Shown here in pieces: positions 43,837 through 52,489 of a stretch of DNA of 64,000 nucleotides (within the stretch, counting starts at the first letter, position 1; each line of letters begins with the position of its first letter). A program made the translations under genes and the position numbers. This DNA comes from Planctomycetota bacterium (lineage in GTDB: Bacteria; Planctomycetota; UBA1135; GCA-002686595). Below the pieces are notes generated by a model, which saw only the letters and a list, made by a program, of their open reading frames with translations, did no database searches and was not told the DNA's origin. The stretch covers positions 2,529-66,528 of the forward strand of contig JBGAOR010000013.1 of the NCBI GenBank assembly GCA_044221705.1, read 5' to 3'.

Positions 43837-44263
43837 GCAGCCTCGACCGCCGAGGATAGTGGCGCGCGACGCGGCGAGCACCCGACTCCGCGGGTTCCGG
43901 CGCGGACGGCGGCCACGCGGCCGGAGGCCCACGCCCGCCGTCGCGCCCGGCCCGGGCGGGTCCACGCGCGCGACCGCGGGGTCACGGGCCGGCCGGCGGG
44001 GCCGCCAGACATCGAGGAGCCCGCCGCGAGCAGCCGGCCGCGAACCGGTCCGGCCCGAGTATCGTGGCACGCGGCGTGATGAGCTTCGCCCGATCCATGT
44101 GCCCCCACGATCCGCAGGGCTGCGCGCCGGTACGCTCGCCGTGCCCGCGCTCGGGGCTCCCGACGCGGCCGCGCGCTCTCGCTCCGCGTGTGTGCGGATC
44201 CCCGCGGGCCGGCCGGCGATACCGGGCGGGTTCGCGGCCGACCCGCCGCGCTGGAGCTCGATC

Positions 44264-46312
44264 TTGAGGGCGCTCGCCGGCCTGTTCCTGCTCGCGGCGC
44301 TCCACCCCGCGGCGGCGGCGATGCCCCGCCACGGCGCGGTCTTCCCGCCGCCTCCGACCGGACCTTCGGCGGGCGACGCGCCGCCGCCCGCCCCGCCGCC
44401 CGCGCCGAGCGCCCCCAACGGACCCGGCGCGGCCAACCCGGGTCCCGGTCCGGGGATCCCCGGCGCCACGGGCGGTACGCCCGGATCCGTCCCGACCGGA
44501 ACGCGTCCGTCGGCGACACCGGTTCCGACGGGCGGCGCGCCCGGCCTCGAGCCGCTGAGCTGGGAGCTGTGGTGGCGCTACAACCGCGACGACTTCCTCG
44601 ACCTGAAGTCCAAGGTCGAAGCGATCGGCCCCGTGACGCACGGCGACGCGGGCGCCGAGGCCGACCAGCGCGTGGCCAGCGGGATCGACGCCGCGGTCGC
44701 GGCGTTGTCGCGCGAGAGGCAGCGCGACCTCGTCTCGGGCCTGCTCGTCGCCATCGCGCGCTCGTGCGACGACGCCGCGCTCGCGCGCGGCCCGGAGATC
44801 ACGCGCCTCATCGGCCCGTACGTCGGCGATCCCGACCAGGAGATCGGCGAGACCGCGGCGGCGGCGCTCGGGATCCTGCGGCACCACGCGGCGATCCCGG
44901 AGCTCGCGGCGCTCCTGCACGACGACGAGACCGGCCGCAAGTTCGCGAACGGCCGCGTGTCGGCCCGCACGCGCGCGTTCGCCGCGTACGGCCTGGGGAT
45001 CTCGGCCGCGCGATCGGAGCGCGAGGACCTGCGCGCGTTCGTCGCGCACCACCTGCAGCGCGTGCTGGAGGATTCGCGCGGCGACGCCAGCGCCGACCTG
45101 GCCGCGGCGTGCGTGATCGCGCTGGGCCTCGTCCCGATGCCGGCCGAGACGGACGCCGGCGAGAACAGCGGTTCGATCCATCCCCGCGCGGGCTCGAAGC
45201 CGGACGAGCTCCCGCCGCGTTCGCGCGCCTCGCAAGCGGCGGCGCTCGTGCGCTACCTCGGCGACGACACGCGGCCGGTGCTCGCGCGGGCGCACGTGCC
45301 CGACGCGCTGGCACGGCTCGCGGAGGGCGCCGGGACGGAGCTGCGCGCCGACATCGCGCGCGAGCTCGCGTCCGTGCTGGAGCGCCAGTCGCGCGAGGAC
45401 GCGGGCGTGGTGCGCGGCGCCGTGCTCGCGCTCGGACGGATGGGCGACGCCGACGGCGACGCGGCCGACGCGCGCGTGCGCGCGACGCTGAAGCGCGCGC
45501 TCGACGCGGGCGACGCGCAGGCCCGGCTCTTCGCGCTCGTGTCGCTGGCGCAGGTCGCGACCCGCCGCGGCAGCGCCGAGGACCCCGGCGCGGTGCAGTC
45601 CGAAGTGCAGTCGCTCCTCCTCGAGAGGCTCACGCGCGGCAAGGCCCGCGAGCGGTCGTGGTCCGCGCTGGCGCTCGGGATCCTCGAGCGCGGCCGCGCG
45701 GCGATGCACCGCGAGCCGTCGCCGTCCGTGCGCGCCGCGCTGCGCCGCGCGCTGATCGACGCGTCGGCGCCCGACCAGGTCGGCGCGCTCTCGATCGGCC
45801 TCGGTCTGTGCGCCGACCGCGCGTCCGTGCCGGAGCTCCTGAAGAAGCTCGACGACATCCGCGATCCGGTCGGCCGCGGCTACGTCGCGACCGCGCTCGG
45901 GCTCACGGGAGCGCAGGAAGCGCTCGCGCCGCTGCGCGCGATCCTCGGGAAGTCGCGCTTCCAGCCCGACCTCCTGCGCGAGATCGCGATCGGGCTGGCT
46001 CTGCTCGGAGACGTGGACCTCGAATCGGCCCTGCTCCAGGAACTGCGCGGCGCGAAGAGCCTCGCCTCGCAAGCCAGCGTCGCGCGCGCGCTCGGCTTCG
46101 CGGGCACGCTGGCCACGGTCGATCCGCTGGTGAAGATGCTGGGCGATTCGTCGCTGACGGCCGGCGCCCGCGCGTTCTCGGCCGTCGCGCTGGGGATGGT
46201 CTGCGACCGCGAGAGCACGCCCTGGAACGCGTTCCTCTCGATCGGCGTGAACTACCCGTCGGCCCCGCCGACCTTGTCCGACGGGTCGGCGGGCATCCTC
46301 GACATCCTGTAG
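44264..46312 (+). CDS. secreted HEAT-repeat (PBS-lyase HEAT-like) protein with a Pro-rich N-terminal linker
   Basis: TTG 44264 gives the signal peptide RALAGLFLLAALHPAAAA. A Pro/Gly-rich stretch of about 75 aa follows. Repeated helical pairs (AAAALGILRHHAAIPELAALL, VRGAVLALGRMGD, YVATALGLTGAQEALAPL, ARALGFAGTLATVDPLVKML). An alternative GTG lies at 44192. Confidence 0.7.
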   Translation: MRALAGLFLLAALHPAAAAMPRHGAVFPPPPTGPSAGDAPPPAPPPAPSAPNGPGAANPGPGPGIPGATGGTPGSVPTGTRPSATPVPTGGAPGLEPLSWELWWRYNRDDFLDLKSKVEAIGPVTHGDAGAEADQRVASGIDAAVAALSRERQRDLVSGLLVAIARSCDDAALARGPEITRLIGPYVGDPDQEIGETAAAALGILRHHAAIPELAALLHDDETGRKFANGRVSARTRAFAAYGLGISAARSEREDLRAFVAHHLQRVLEDSRGDASADLAAACVIALGLVPMPAETDAGENSGSIHPRAGSKPDELPPRSRASQAAALVRYLGDDTRPVLARAHVPDALARLAEGAGTELRADIARELASVLERQSREDAGVVRGAVLALGRMGDADGDAADARVRATLKRALDAGDAQARLFALVSLAQVATRRGSAEDPGAVQSEVQSLLLERLTRGKARERSWSALALGILERGRAAMHREPSPSVRAALRRALIDASAPDQVGALSIGLGLCADRASVPELLKKLDDIRDPVGRGYVATALGLTGAQEALAPLRAILGKSRFQPDLLREIAIGLALLGDVDLESALLQELRGAKSLASQASVARALGFAGTLATVDPLVKMLGDSSLTAGARAFSAVALGMVCDRESTPWNAFLSIGVNYPSAPPTLSDGSAGILDIL

Positions 46313-46338
46313 CGGCCGACCGTTCAGCGCGTCGCCGC

Positions 46339-46358
46339 GGGGCAGTAGGCTCTGCCCC
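46339..46358 (+). other. stem-loop abutting the GT4 start codon
   Basis: GGGGCAG (46339..46345), loop taggct, CTGCCCC (46352..46358), followed directly by ATG 46359. It lies 27 nt after the HEAT gene stop. Confidence 0.3.
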
Positions 46359-47486
46359 ATGAAGATCGGCCTCGTCCACGCGCACCCCGGCAGGAATCAG
46401 GGCACAGACGAACACGCCCGGCGCGTCGTCGCGCACCTCGCGGCCCGCGGGGACCAGGTCACGGTCGTGACGAACGCACGCACCGAGCCGCTGGCGACCG
46501 GGACGCATGTCGAGGTCCTGAAGCCGTTCGCCCTGTCCGCCGCGAGTCGCGCGAAGGGCTTCGACGCGGCCGTCGAGGCCTGGTGCGCGAAGGCGAAGCT
46601 CGACGCCGTCTACTCGCTCGGATGCACGTCGAAGTCCGACGTCCTGCGCCTGTCGGAGGGCGTGCGCCAGACGCGGATCGACCTCGCGGCCGATTCGGAG
46701 TACGCACGGTCCGCCGAGGAGAAGGCGTGGCTCGAGATCGAAGCGCGCGGCATGCAGCGCGATCGCGCGAAGCTCGTCGCCGTGCCCTCGGAGCTCGTGG
46801 GCAAGGACGCGATGAAGCGCCACCACGTCCTCCCCGAGCTGATCCGCCTCGTGCGGCCGGGCATCGACCTCGACATGTACTCGCCCGAGCTCCACGAGCA
46901 GATGGGCGCCCTGTCGCGCAAGTCGTTCCAGATCGACCCGCACGAGTTCGTCGTCGTCTTCGCGGCCGACGACTGGCACCTGCACGGCTTCGATCGGCTG
47001 CTCAAGGTGTGGGATGCGGTGTCGGCGAGCCGCGCCGGAGCGCACCTGCTCGTCGCGGGCGCCGAACCGGACCGCGCGAAGTACGAGAAGCAGGTGGAGG
47101 CCTCGCGCTGCAAGGACGCGGTCCGCTTCGCGCCCCCGGGCACGGACCTCGCGCGCGTGATCCACGCGGCCCACCTCTTCGTGCTGCCCACGCGCTACGA
47201 CGCGTTCTCGCGCGCCGGGCTGGCCGCGCTCGCGTCCGGGGTGCCGGTCGTCACGACGGCGGCGAACGGGCTGGCGGAGCTGATCGACGAGGACGTGAAC
47301 GGCATCGCGCTGTTCGGCGACGATTTGCGACAGACGCTGTACCAGCAGCTCCTGTCGTGGACGAAGCCCGAGCGCGCGCGCGCCGCCCGCGATTCGGCGC
47401 GGAGCGCGGCCGAGCGCTGTCCGCTCGAGTCGGAAGCCCGCGACGCGGCAGCGGCGATCGACGAAGCGGCCGCGACGCGGACCTAG
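46359..47486 (+). CDS. glycosyltransferase family 4 (GT-B, RfaG-like)
   Basis: MKIGLVHAHPG N-terminus and the C-terminal GT1/GT4 core (FVLPTRYDAFSRAGLAALASGVPVVTTAANGLAELIDEDVNG). Confidence 0.85.
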   Translation: MKIGLVHAHPGRNQGTDEHARRVVAHLAARGDQVTVVTNARTEPLATGTHVEVLKPFALSAASRAKGFDAAVEAWCAKAKLDAVYSLGCTSKSDVLRLSEGVRQTRIDLAADSEYARSAEEKAWLEIEARGMQRDRAKLVAVPSELVGKDAMKRHHVLPELIRLVRPGIDLDMYSPELHEQMGALSRKSFQIDPHEFVVVFAADDWHLHGFDRLLKVWDAVSASRAGAHLLVAGAEPDRAKYEKQVEASRCKDAVRFAPPGTDLARVIHAAHLFVLPTRYDAFSRAGLAALASGVPVVTTAANGLAELIDEDVNGIALFGDDLRQTLYQQLLSWTKPERARAARDSARSAAERCPLESEARDAAAAIDEAAATRT

Positions 47487-47669
47487 ACGGCGGAGAACGC
47501 TGGCCGCGGCGCGGAGCGATCGCCGAGACCGAGCACCGCCGCGGCCGGGAGGCCCGGAACCCGCGTGGAACGGCGCGCGGAAGTGCATACTGCGCGGAGT
47601 TCGGCGCCGGCCGGTGCTAGGAGGCCCCGCCTCCCCGTCGAACCGATCCCTCGCGATGGACTCCAGCTC

Positions 47670-48542
47670 ATGATCGGCACCCTGATCCTCCTCGGCGCCC
47701 TGTGCGCCCTCGCGACCCTCGCCTGGGGGCCGGGCATGCACCTCGAGTACGCCGAGCGCGTGCACCGCCGCCGCCGCGAGCTCCTGCCCGCCGACGTCGC
47801 GAAGCTCATCGACGCGGAGCGCGCGGCCTTCGACTACGGCAACCTCGCGGCCGACATCATCAACTTCAAGGCGTTCGGCGGCGCGTACAGCCACTGCCAC
47901 CGCTGGGCCATCGTCGAGGAGATGCGCGAGCTGTCGACCTCGCCGCGACAGGAGGCGTTCGTGATGGGCTACCTGTCGCACCTCGCGGCGGACACGATCG
48001 CGCACAACCACTTCGTCCCCTACCACCTGGCCCGCTACGCGCGGACGAAGGGGCTCGGGCACCTGTACTGGGAGCTCAACGCGGACCGCTTCGTGCCCGA
48101 GGCGCGCTGGTCGCGCGTCGCCGGCTTGAAGAACCAGGACGCGCTCGAGGAGCTCGACGACCTCGTGAACCGCACCGTGCCGAAGAAGGCGCTGTCGATG
48201 GGCACGAACAAGGTCATCTTCAACCACGTGCTGCTCGTGTCCGAGCGCGAGCGCTGGCGCGGCGCGATGGCGCGCATCCACCCGATCTCGATGGTCACGC
48301 TCGAGAAGGGCTTCCTGCGGATGTTCCAGGCCGCCGCGGTCGACCGCATCCGGCTCGCGCTGCACCCGCGCGGCTTCCGCGCGATCCAGCGCGTCGACGC
48401 CAACGGCGCCGAGGCGCAGAAGAAGGCGATGAAGGTGCGCACGGGCATCCTCCAGCGCCTCGTCCCGCGCCAGGTGCGCACGGAACGGGCGGAGGAGAGC
48501 GCGCTGGCGTTCCTCGAGGGGATGCAGTCGCCGCCGCCGTAG
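47670..48542 (+). CDS. zinc-dependent phospholipase C-like family protein
   Basis: N-terminal hydrophobic segment, then WGPGMHLEYAE, DYGNLAADI, YSHCHRW and GYLSHLAADTIAHNHFVP, which fits the His/Asp metal-ligand pattern of the family. ATG 47670 preferred over the ORF-track start 47565. Confidence 0.7.
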   Translation: MIGTLILLGALCALATLAWGPGMHLEYAERVHRRRRELLPADVAKLIDAERAAFDYGNLAADIINFKAFGGAYSHCHRWAIVEEMRELSTSPRQEAFVMGYLSHLAADTIAHNHFVPYHLARYARTKGLGHLYWELNADRFVPEARWSRVAGLKNQDALEELDDLVNRTVPKKALSMGTNKVIFNHVLLVSERERWRGAMARIHPISMVTLEKGFLRMFQAAAVDRIRLALHPRGFRAIQRVDANGAEAQKKAMKVRTGILQRLVPRQVRTERAEESALAFLEGMQSPPP

Positions 48543-48551
48543 GCGCGGGGG

Positions 48552-50468
48552 CTAGAAGCGGAACCAGCGCAGCACGAGGTCCGTGCGGTCGCCGTCGCCG
48601 TTGAAGTCCGTGCCCGCTCCGCCCTGCTGCGCCTCGGACGCGATCAGCGCGACGCAGTCCTTCGAACCGAAGCGCGCGAAGTCGACGACGTCGCGCGGGA
48701 GGTCGGAGGCCACGCTCAGGCCGAACGTCGCGCCGGTCGTGACGTTCGTGCGCTCCAGGATGAAGTCCATCTCGTCGCCGTCGGCGTTGATGTCGCGCGA
48801 GTCCTCGACCTCGGACATGCGGTAGAACGCCCAGCCGCCGGCCTGCGTCATCCCGGCCGAGTCCTTGTCCAGCGCCAGGAGCGCGCCGGGGAACACGAGC
48901 CGGTTCGACGAGAAGAACGCGAAGGTGGGGATCGCGTCGTTCACGTCCGTGTCGCCCGGGACCTGGGCCGTGCCCTGGTTCAGCGACACGTTGCCGATGC
49001 GCTCCGTGAACGCGACGCCCAGGCGGTTCTCGGACTCGCGCGGCGAGATCCACGAGGCCTCGACGACCTCGGTACCGCTCGAACCGTGGAAGAAGTCCCA
49101 GTTCGCCGAGCTCGGCGACGGCGAGAGCCAGCCGACCAGGTTCGCGTCGAGCGCGTTGTTCGCGTCGATGTCTCCGCCCGTGGCTTCGCTGGAGACGATC
49201 ACGAAGCGGTTCGAGAGCTCGTACAGCCCGTGCCCGCCGCCCGGCACGTCGAACAGCGCGCGGATCTGCGCGGCCGTGTTGATCGGCAGGATCGGCTCCG
49301 TCAGGGGGTCGTCCGAGATCGCGAGCCAGCGCACGACGCGGTCGTCCGAGGCCCCGTCGTTGTTCAGGTCGCAGGTGTCGTCGCCCTCGGCCACGATCGT
49401 CGCGACGTAGTTCCCGGCGAACGCGATGCGCTCGCGGCCGGCCAGACCGTGGTTGACCGGCGGGTTCATCGCCGGGTCCGCGTTCCAGGCGCCGAACGTC
49501 AGGACGCAGAGGACCTGGTCGGTCGAGTCCGTGTCGTTCGCGGCGCAGTACGCCGGACGGAAGCTGGCACCGACCGCGGCCGAGTTGAGGCTGCCGACGC
49601 CCTGACCGGCCTCGCTGACGAGGAAGCCGACGTGCCAGTCGCCGGCCGCGATCGTCTTCGCGCGCCGCGGGCTGGCCGGATCGACGGCGCGCGCGGTGCA
49701 GCGCGCCACGCTGGTGCTGCTCGTGCCGTCGAGCAGGCCGAGCACGTTCGCGTCGAGGGAGTCGACGTCGCCGTTCAGGCTGCGACCGGCCAGCGTCTCG
49801 TCGAACGCCAGGAACACGAGGCCCTCGTCCTCGCCCAAGAGGCGCGGCGAGAGCTCGCTCACGGTGTCCGCCGTCGCGACCGGGATCGGGACGAGAGGCG
49901 CGCTCGACTCCACGAAGCGCAGGTTGCTGCCGCCGACCCCCGCCGTCGCCGTCTTGGCGGCGTAGACGATCCGGCTGCCGAGACCGAGCACGGCCAGCAC
50001 GGCGTCCGTGGAGAGATCGTCGACGTACACGAGCGTGGGCGCCGCCTCGGACCAGTGCAGCAGCACGTCGTCCGCCTGCATCATGTCGCCGTTCCAGTCG
50101 CGCCCGTCGCGGCCTTCGTCGACGGCGATGTAGAGCTCGTTGCCGGCCCAGGCCACGTCGTCGGCGGCGACGCCCAGCCGGAACTGCGTGTTCGCGGCCG
50201 TGTTCACGACGTGCGCGACCTGGTCGGCGACGTCCCCGTCGCCGTTCAGGATCGTGCCCGGGTTGCCGCTGGAGCTCGTGGCGTCCTCGGCGGCCAGGAA
50301 CGCGATGTAGGCGCCCGAGATCCGTACCGGCGTCGACCCCGCGGTCGCGACGTTCGTCGAGCGGACCAGGAAGCTGACGTTGGCGGAGTCGCTCGATCCG
50401 CCCGAGCAGGCGGCCGCGGCCAGGGTGGTGGTGAGGATCGCGAGGTGGGTCTGCGTGCGGTTCTTCAT
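48552..50468 (-). CDS. lipoprotein with repeated DxDxDG-type calcium-binding loops (FG-GAP / integrin-alpha-like propeller candidate)
   Basis: ATG 50468 gives MKNRTQTHLAILTTTLAAAAC (lipobox). Recurrent loops LNGDGDVAD, DWNGDMMQADD, LNGDVDSLD, DLNNDGASDD, INADGDEMD and DFNGDGDRTD are spaced through the protein. Confidence 0.7.
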   Translation of the reverse strand: MKNRTQTHLAILTTTLAAAACSGGSSDSANVSFLVRSTNVATAGSTPVRISGAYIAFLAAEDATSSSGNPGTILNGDGDVADQVAHVVNTAANTQFRLGVAADDVAWAGNELYIAVDEGRDGRDWNGDMMQADDVLLHWSEAAPTLVYVDDLSTDAVLAVLGLGSRIVYAAKTATAGVGGSNLRFVESSAPLVPIPVATADTVSELSPRLLGEDEGLVFLAFDETLAGRSLNGDVDSLDANVLGLLDGTSSTSVARCTARAVDPASPRRAKTIAAGDWHVGFLVSEAGQGVGSLNSAAVGASFRPAYCAANDTDSTDQVLCVLTFGAWNADPAMNPPVNHGLAGRERIAFAGNYVATIVAEGDDTCDLNNDGASDDRVVRWLAISDDPLTEPILPINTAAQIRALFDVPGGGHGLYELSNRFVIVSSEATGGDIDANNALDANLVGWLSPSPSSANWDFFHGSSGTEVVEASWISPRESENRLGVAFTERIGNVSLNQGTAQVPGDTDVNDAIPTFAFFSSNRLVFPGALLALDKDSAGMTQAGGWAFYRMSEVEDSRDINADGDEMDFILERTNVTTGATFGLSVASDLPRDVVDFARFGSKDCVALIASEAQQGGAGTDFNGDGDRTDLVLRWFRF

Positions 50469-50572
50469 GAAAGTCTCGATCGGTGACCAACGCGCAGGAT
50501 AGCTGGCGGGATCGCGCGGCTGCCACCGCGTTCGCGCTGGAATCGCGCGCCCGTGCACGTTCTGATCCGTGT

Positions 50573-52489
50573 GTGCGCGTCCTCATCGCCTCCGCGCCGC
50601 ATCGCGACACGTTCGGCTACTCGATGCCGCCGCCGGGCCTCCTGCGCCTGGGCGGCTGGCTCGAGCGCGAGGGCGTCGACGTCGCGCTCGTGGACCTGGC
50701 GCACGAGCTGGCCGCGGGGCGACTGCCCGAGGGCGACGGCCTGTGCGATGCCGCGGCGGACCTCCTCCTGCGAGGCGGACCGTTCGACGCGATCGGCCTG
50801 TCGGTGATGGGCGCGACGCTGCCCGCGGGGCTCGCGATCCTGGAGCGGATCCGCGCGCGCGATCGCGCGATTCCGCTCTGGATCGGCGGCCCGGGCACGA
50901 CCGGCGTCGACACCGCGCTCGTCGAGCGCGCGCACTGCGTCGACGTCGTCGTGCGCGGCGAGGGCGAGATCACGACGACGGAGCTCGCGCGCGCGCGCGG
51001 CCTGTCGCCGCACGGCATCGCGGGGCTCACGTGGCGCGACGCCGGCGGACGGGCCGTGCGCGAGCCGGACCGCGCGCCGATCGCCGACCTCGACGCGCTC
51101 GCGCCGTATGCGTGGCATCTCCTGCCGCCGATCGCGGCGTACAAGCGCATCACCGGCGCGGCCGACGGGCTCGTGCCGGTCGACTCGGGCCGCGGCTGCG
51201 TCTACGACTGCTCGTTCTGCACGATCGGGAGGTTCTGGTCGCGGCGCTCGCGCGTGCTGCCGGCGCGCAGGCTCGCGGACGAGGTCGAGGCGCTGCGCGC
51301 GATCGACGGCGCGCACGCGGCGTACCTGTGCCACGACCTCTTCGCGGCGAACCGCGCGCACGCCGTGCAGTTCTGCGCCGAGATGGTCGCGCGCGGGAAT
51401 CCCGTGCCGTGGGAAGTGCGCGCGCGCGCCGACCACCTGGACCGCGAGCTGCTCCAGCTCATGGGGCGCGCCGGCTGCTACCGCGTCCTGCTCGGCATCG
51501 AGTCGGCGGCCGAGAGCGTGCGCGAAGCGTGCGACAAGTCTCTGCGCCCCGGCACGGACCTCCTGACGGTCGTGCGCGACTGCGTCGAGGCGGGCGTGAC
51601 GCCGATCCTGTCGGTGATCCTGGGGCTGCCGGGCGAGGGGCCGGCCGAGCTCGAAGCGAGCCTCGACTTCTGCGCGCGCGCGGCGCTGCTCGGCGGCGTG
51701 AACGTGTCGCTGCACCTCGTGAACCCGCAGCCGGGTTGCACGCTGGGCGAGGAGCACGGCGCGAGCGCGCGCGCGGTGCCGGGGATCCCGCCCGACATGG
51801 CGCGCGGCGCGGGCGAGACGGCGGCGGAGCGCGCCTGGATCGACGCGCACCCCGATCTCTTCACGACGTTCGCGCTGCTCGCCGGCGACCCGGTGGGCCA
51901 AGGCGCGCTGTCCGAGATCGCGAGCGAGCTGCCCGAGGTCCTCCACCGGTATCCGCGCACGTTCGCACTGCTCGGCCGCGCGCTCGAAACGAGCGCGCAC
52001 GGCGGGTTCGCGGCCTGGAAGCGCCACGGCCGGAGCTTCGAGGCCTTCGCGCGCGTCCAGCGCGATCCGCTCGTCGACGACGTGCTGGCCGTCGAGCAGG
52101 CCGGCGTGCGCGCCGCCGCACTGGCCGTGCGCGCGCCGAGCGTCGGCCCGCGCGCGCGCGGCGTGCTCGTCGAGACACGCTGCGACGTGGCCGCCGTGTT
52201 CGAGGCCCTGCGCGGCGGCCGCGAGCTGCCCCGCGCCGAACCGCGCGCGTCCTGGATCTGCGCCGTGCCCGCGGACCCGTCGCGCGCGCTGGCCGGAATC
52301 CGCACACTGCGCGTGTCGGCCGACGTCGCGCGCCTCCTGCAGGCGCTGGACGGCGCGCGCCCGATCGACGAGCTCGAGGCCGCGCGCCCGGGCTTCGCGG
52401 GCGCGATCGCGAGCCTCGAACGCGCCGGCCTCGTGGAATCGGGAACAGGAACGGCCGCCGCGGAGCGGATGGAGACGACGACACCATGA
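50573..52489 (+). CDS. B12-binding-domain radical SAM protein (class B) with a PqqD/RRE-like C-terminal segment
   Basis: GTG 50573 (VRVLIASAPH); GC3 is poor upstream. Rossmann-like B12 domain (IGLSVMGATL ... VVVRGEGE). Canonical CVYDCSFC at 51197..51220. The last 70 aa or so (VSADVARLLQALDGARPIDELEA ... IASLERAGLVE) resemble a winged-helix RiPP recognition element. Confidence 0.85.
   Translation: MRVLIASAPHRDTFGYSMPPPGLLRLGGWLEREGVDVALVDLAHELAAGRLPEGDGLCDAAADLLLRGGPFDAIGLSVMGATLPAGLAILERIRARDRAIPLWIGGPGTTGVDTALVERAHCVDVVVRGEGEITTTELARARGLSPHGIAGLTWRDAGGRAVREPDRAPIADLDALAPYAWHLLPPIAAYKRITGAADGLVPVDSGRGCVYDCSFCTIGRFWSRRSRVLPARRLADEVEALRAIDGAHAAYLCHDLFAANRAHAVQFCAEMVARGNPVPWEVRARADHLDRELLQLMGRAGCYRVLLGIESAAESVREACDKSLRPGTDLLTVVRDCVEAGVTPILSVILGLPGEGPAELEASLDFCARAALLGGVNVSLHLVNPQPGCTLGEEHGASARAVPGIPPDMARGAGETAAERAWIDAHPDLFTTFALLAGDPVGQGALSEIASELPEVLHRYPRTFALLGRALETSAHGGFAAWKRHGRSFEAFARVQRDPLVDDVLAVEQAGVRAAALAVRAPSVGPRARGVLVETRCDVAAVFEALRGGRELPRAEPRASWICAVPADPSRALAGIRTLRVSADVARLLQALDGARPIDELEAARPGFAGAIASLERAGLVESGTGTAAAERMETTTP

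Noticed and set aside
40012-44079. 1355-aa plus-strand ORF, the longest in the window
   Set aside because: It is antisense to the lipoprotein and GT-C-like genes. The composition is extremely rich in Arg, Glu, Asp and Ala, with no domain signature. It is a high-GC artefact.
50469-50572. Sigma-54-like elements (TGCCAC ... TCGC, and TGGAAT ... GTGCA) in the divergent spacer before the rSAM operon
   Set aside because: The first lacks the essential GG dinucleotide, and the GG-N10-GC spacing fails in the second.
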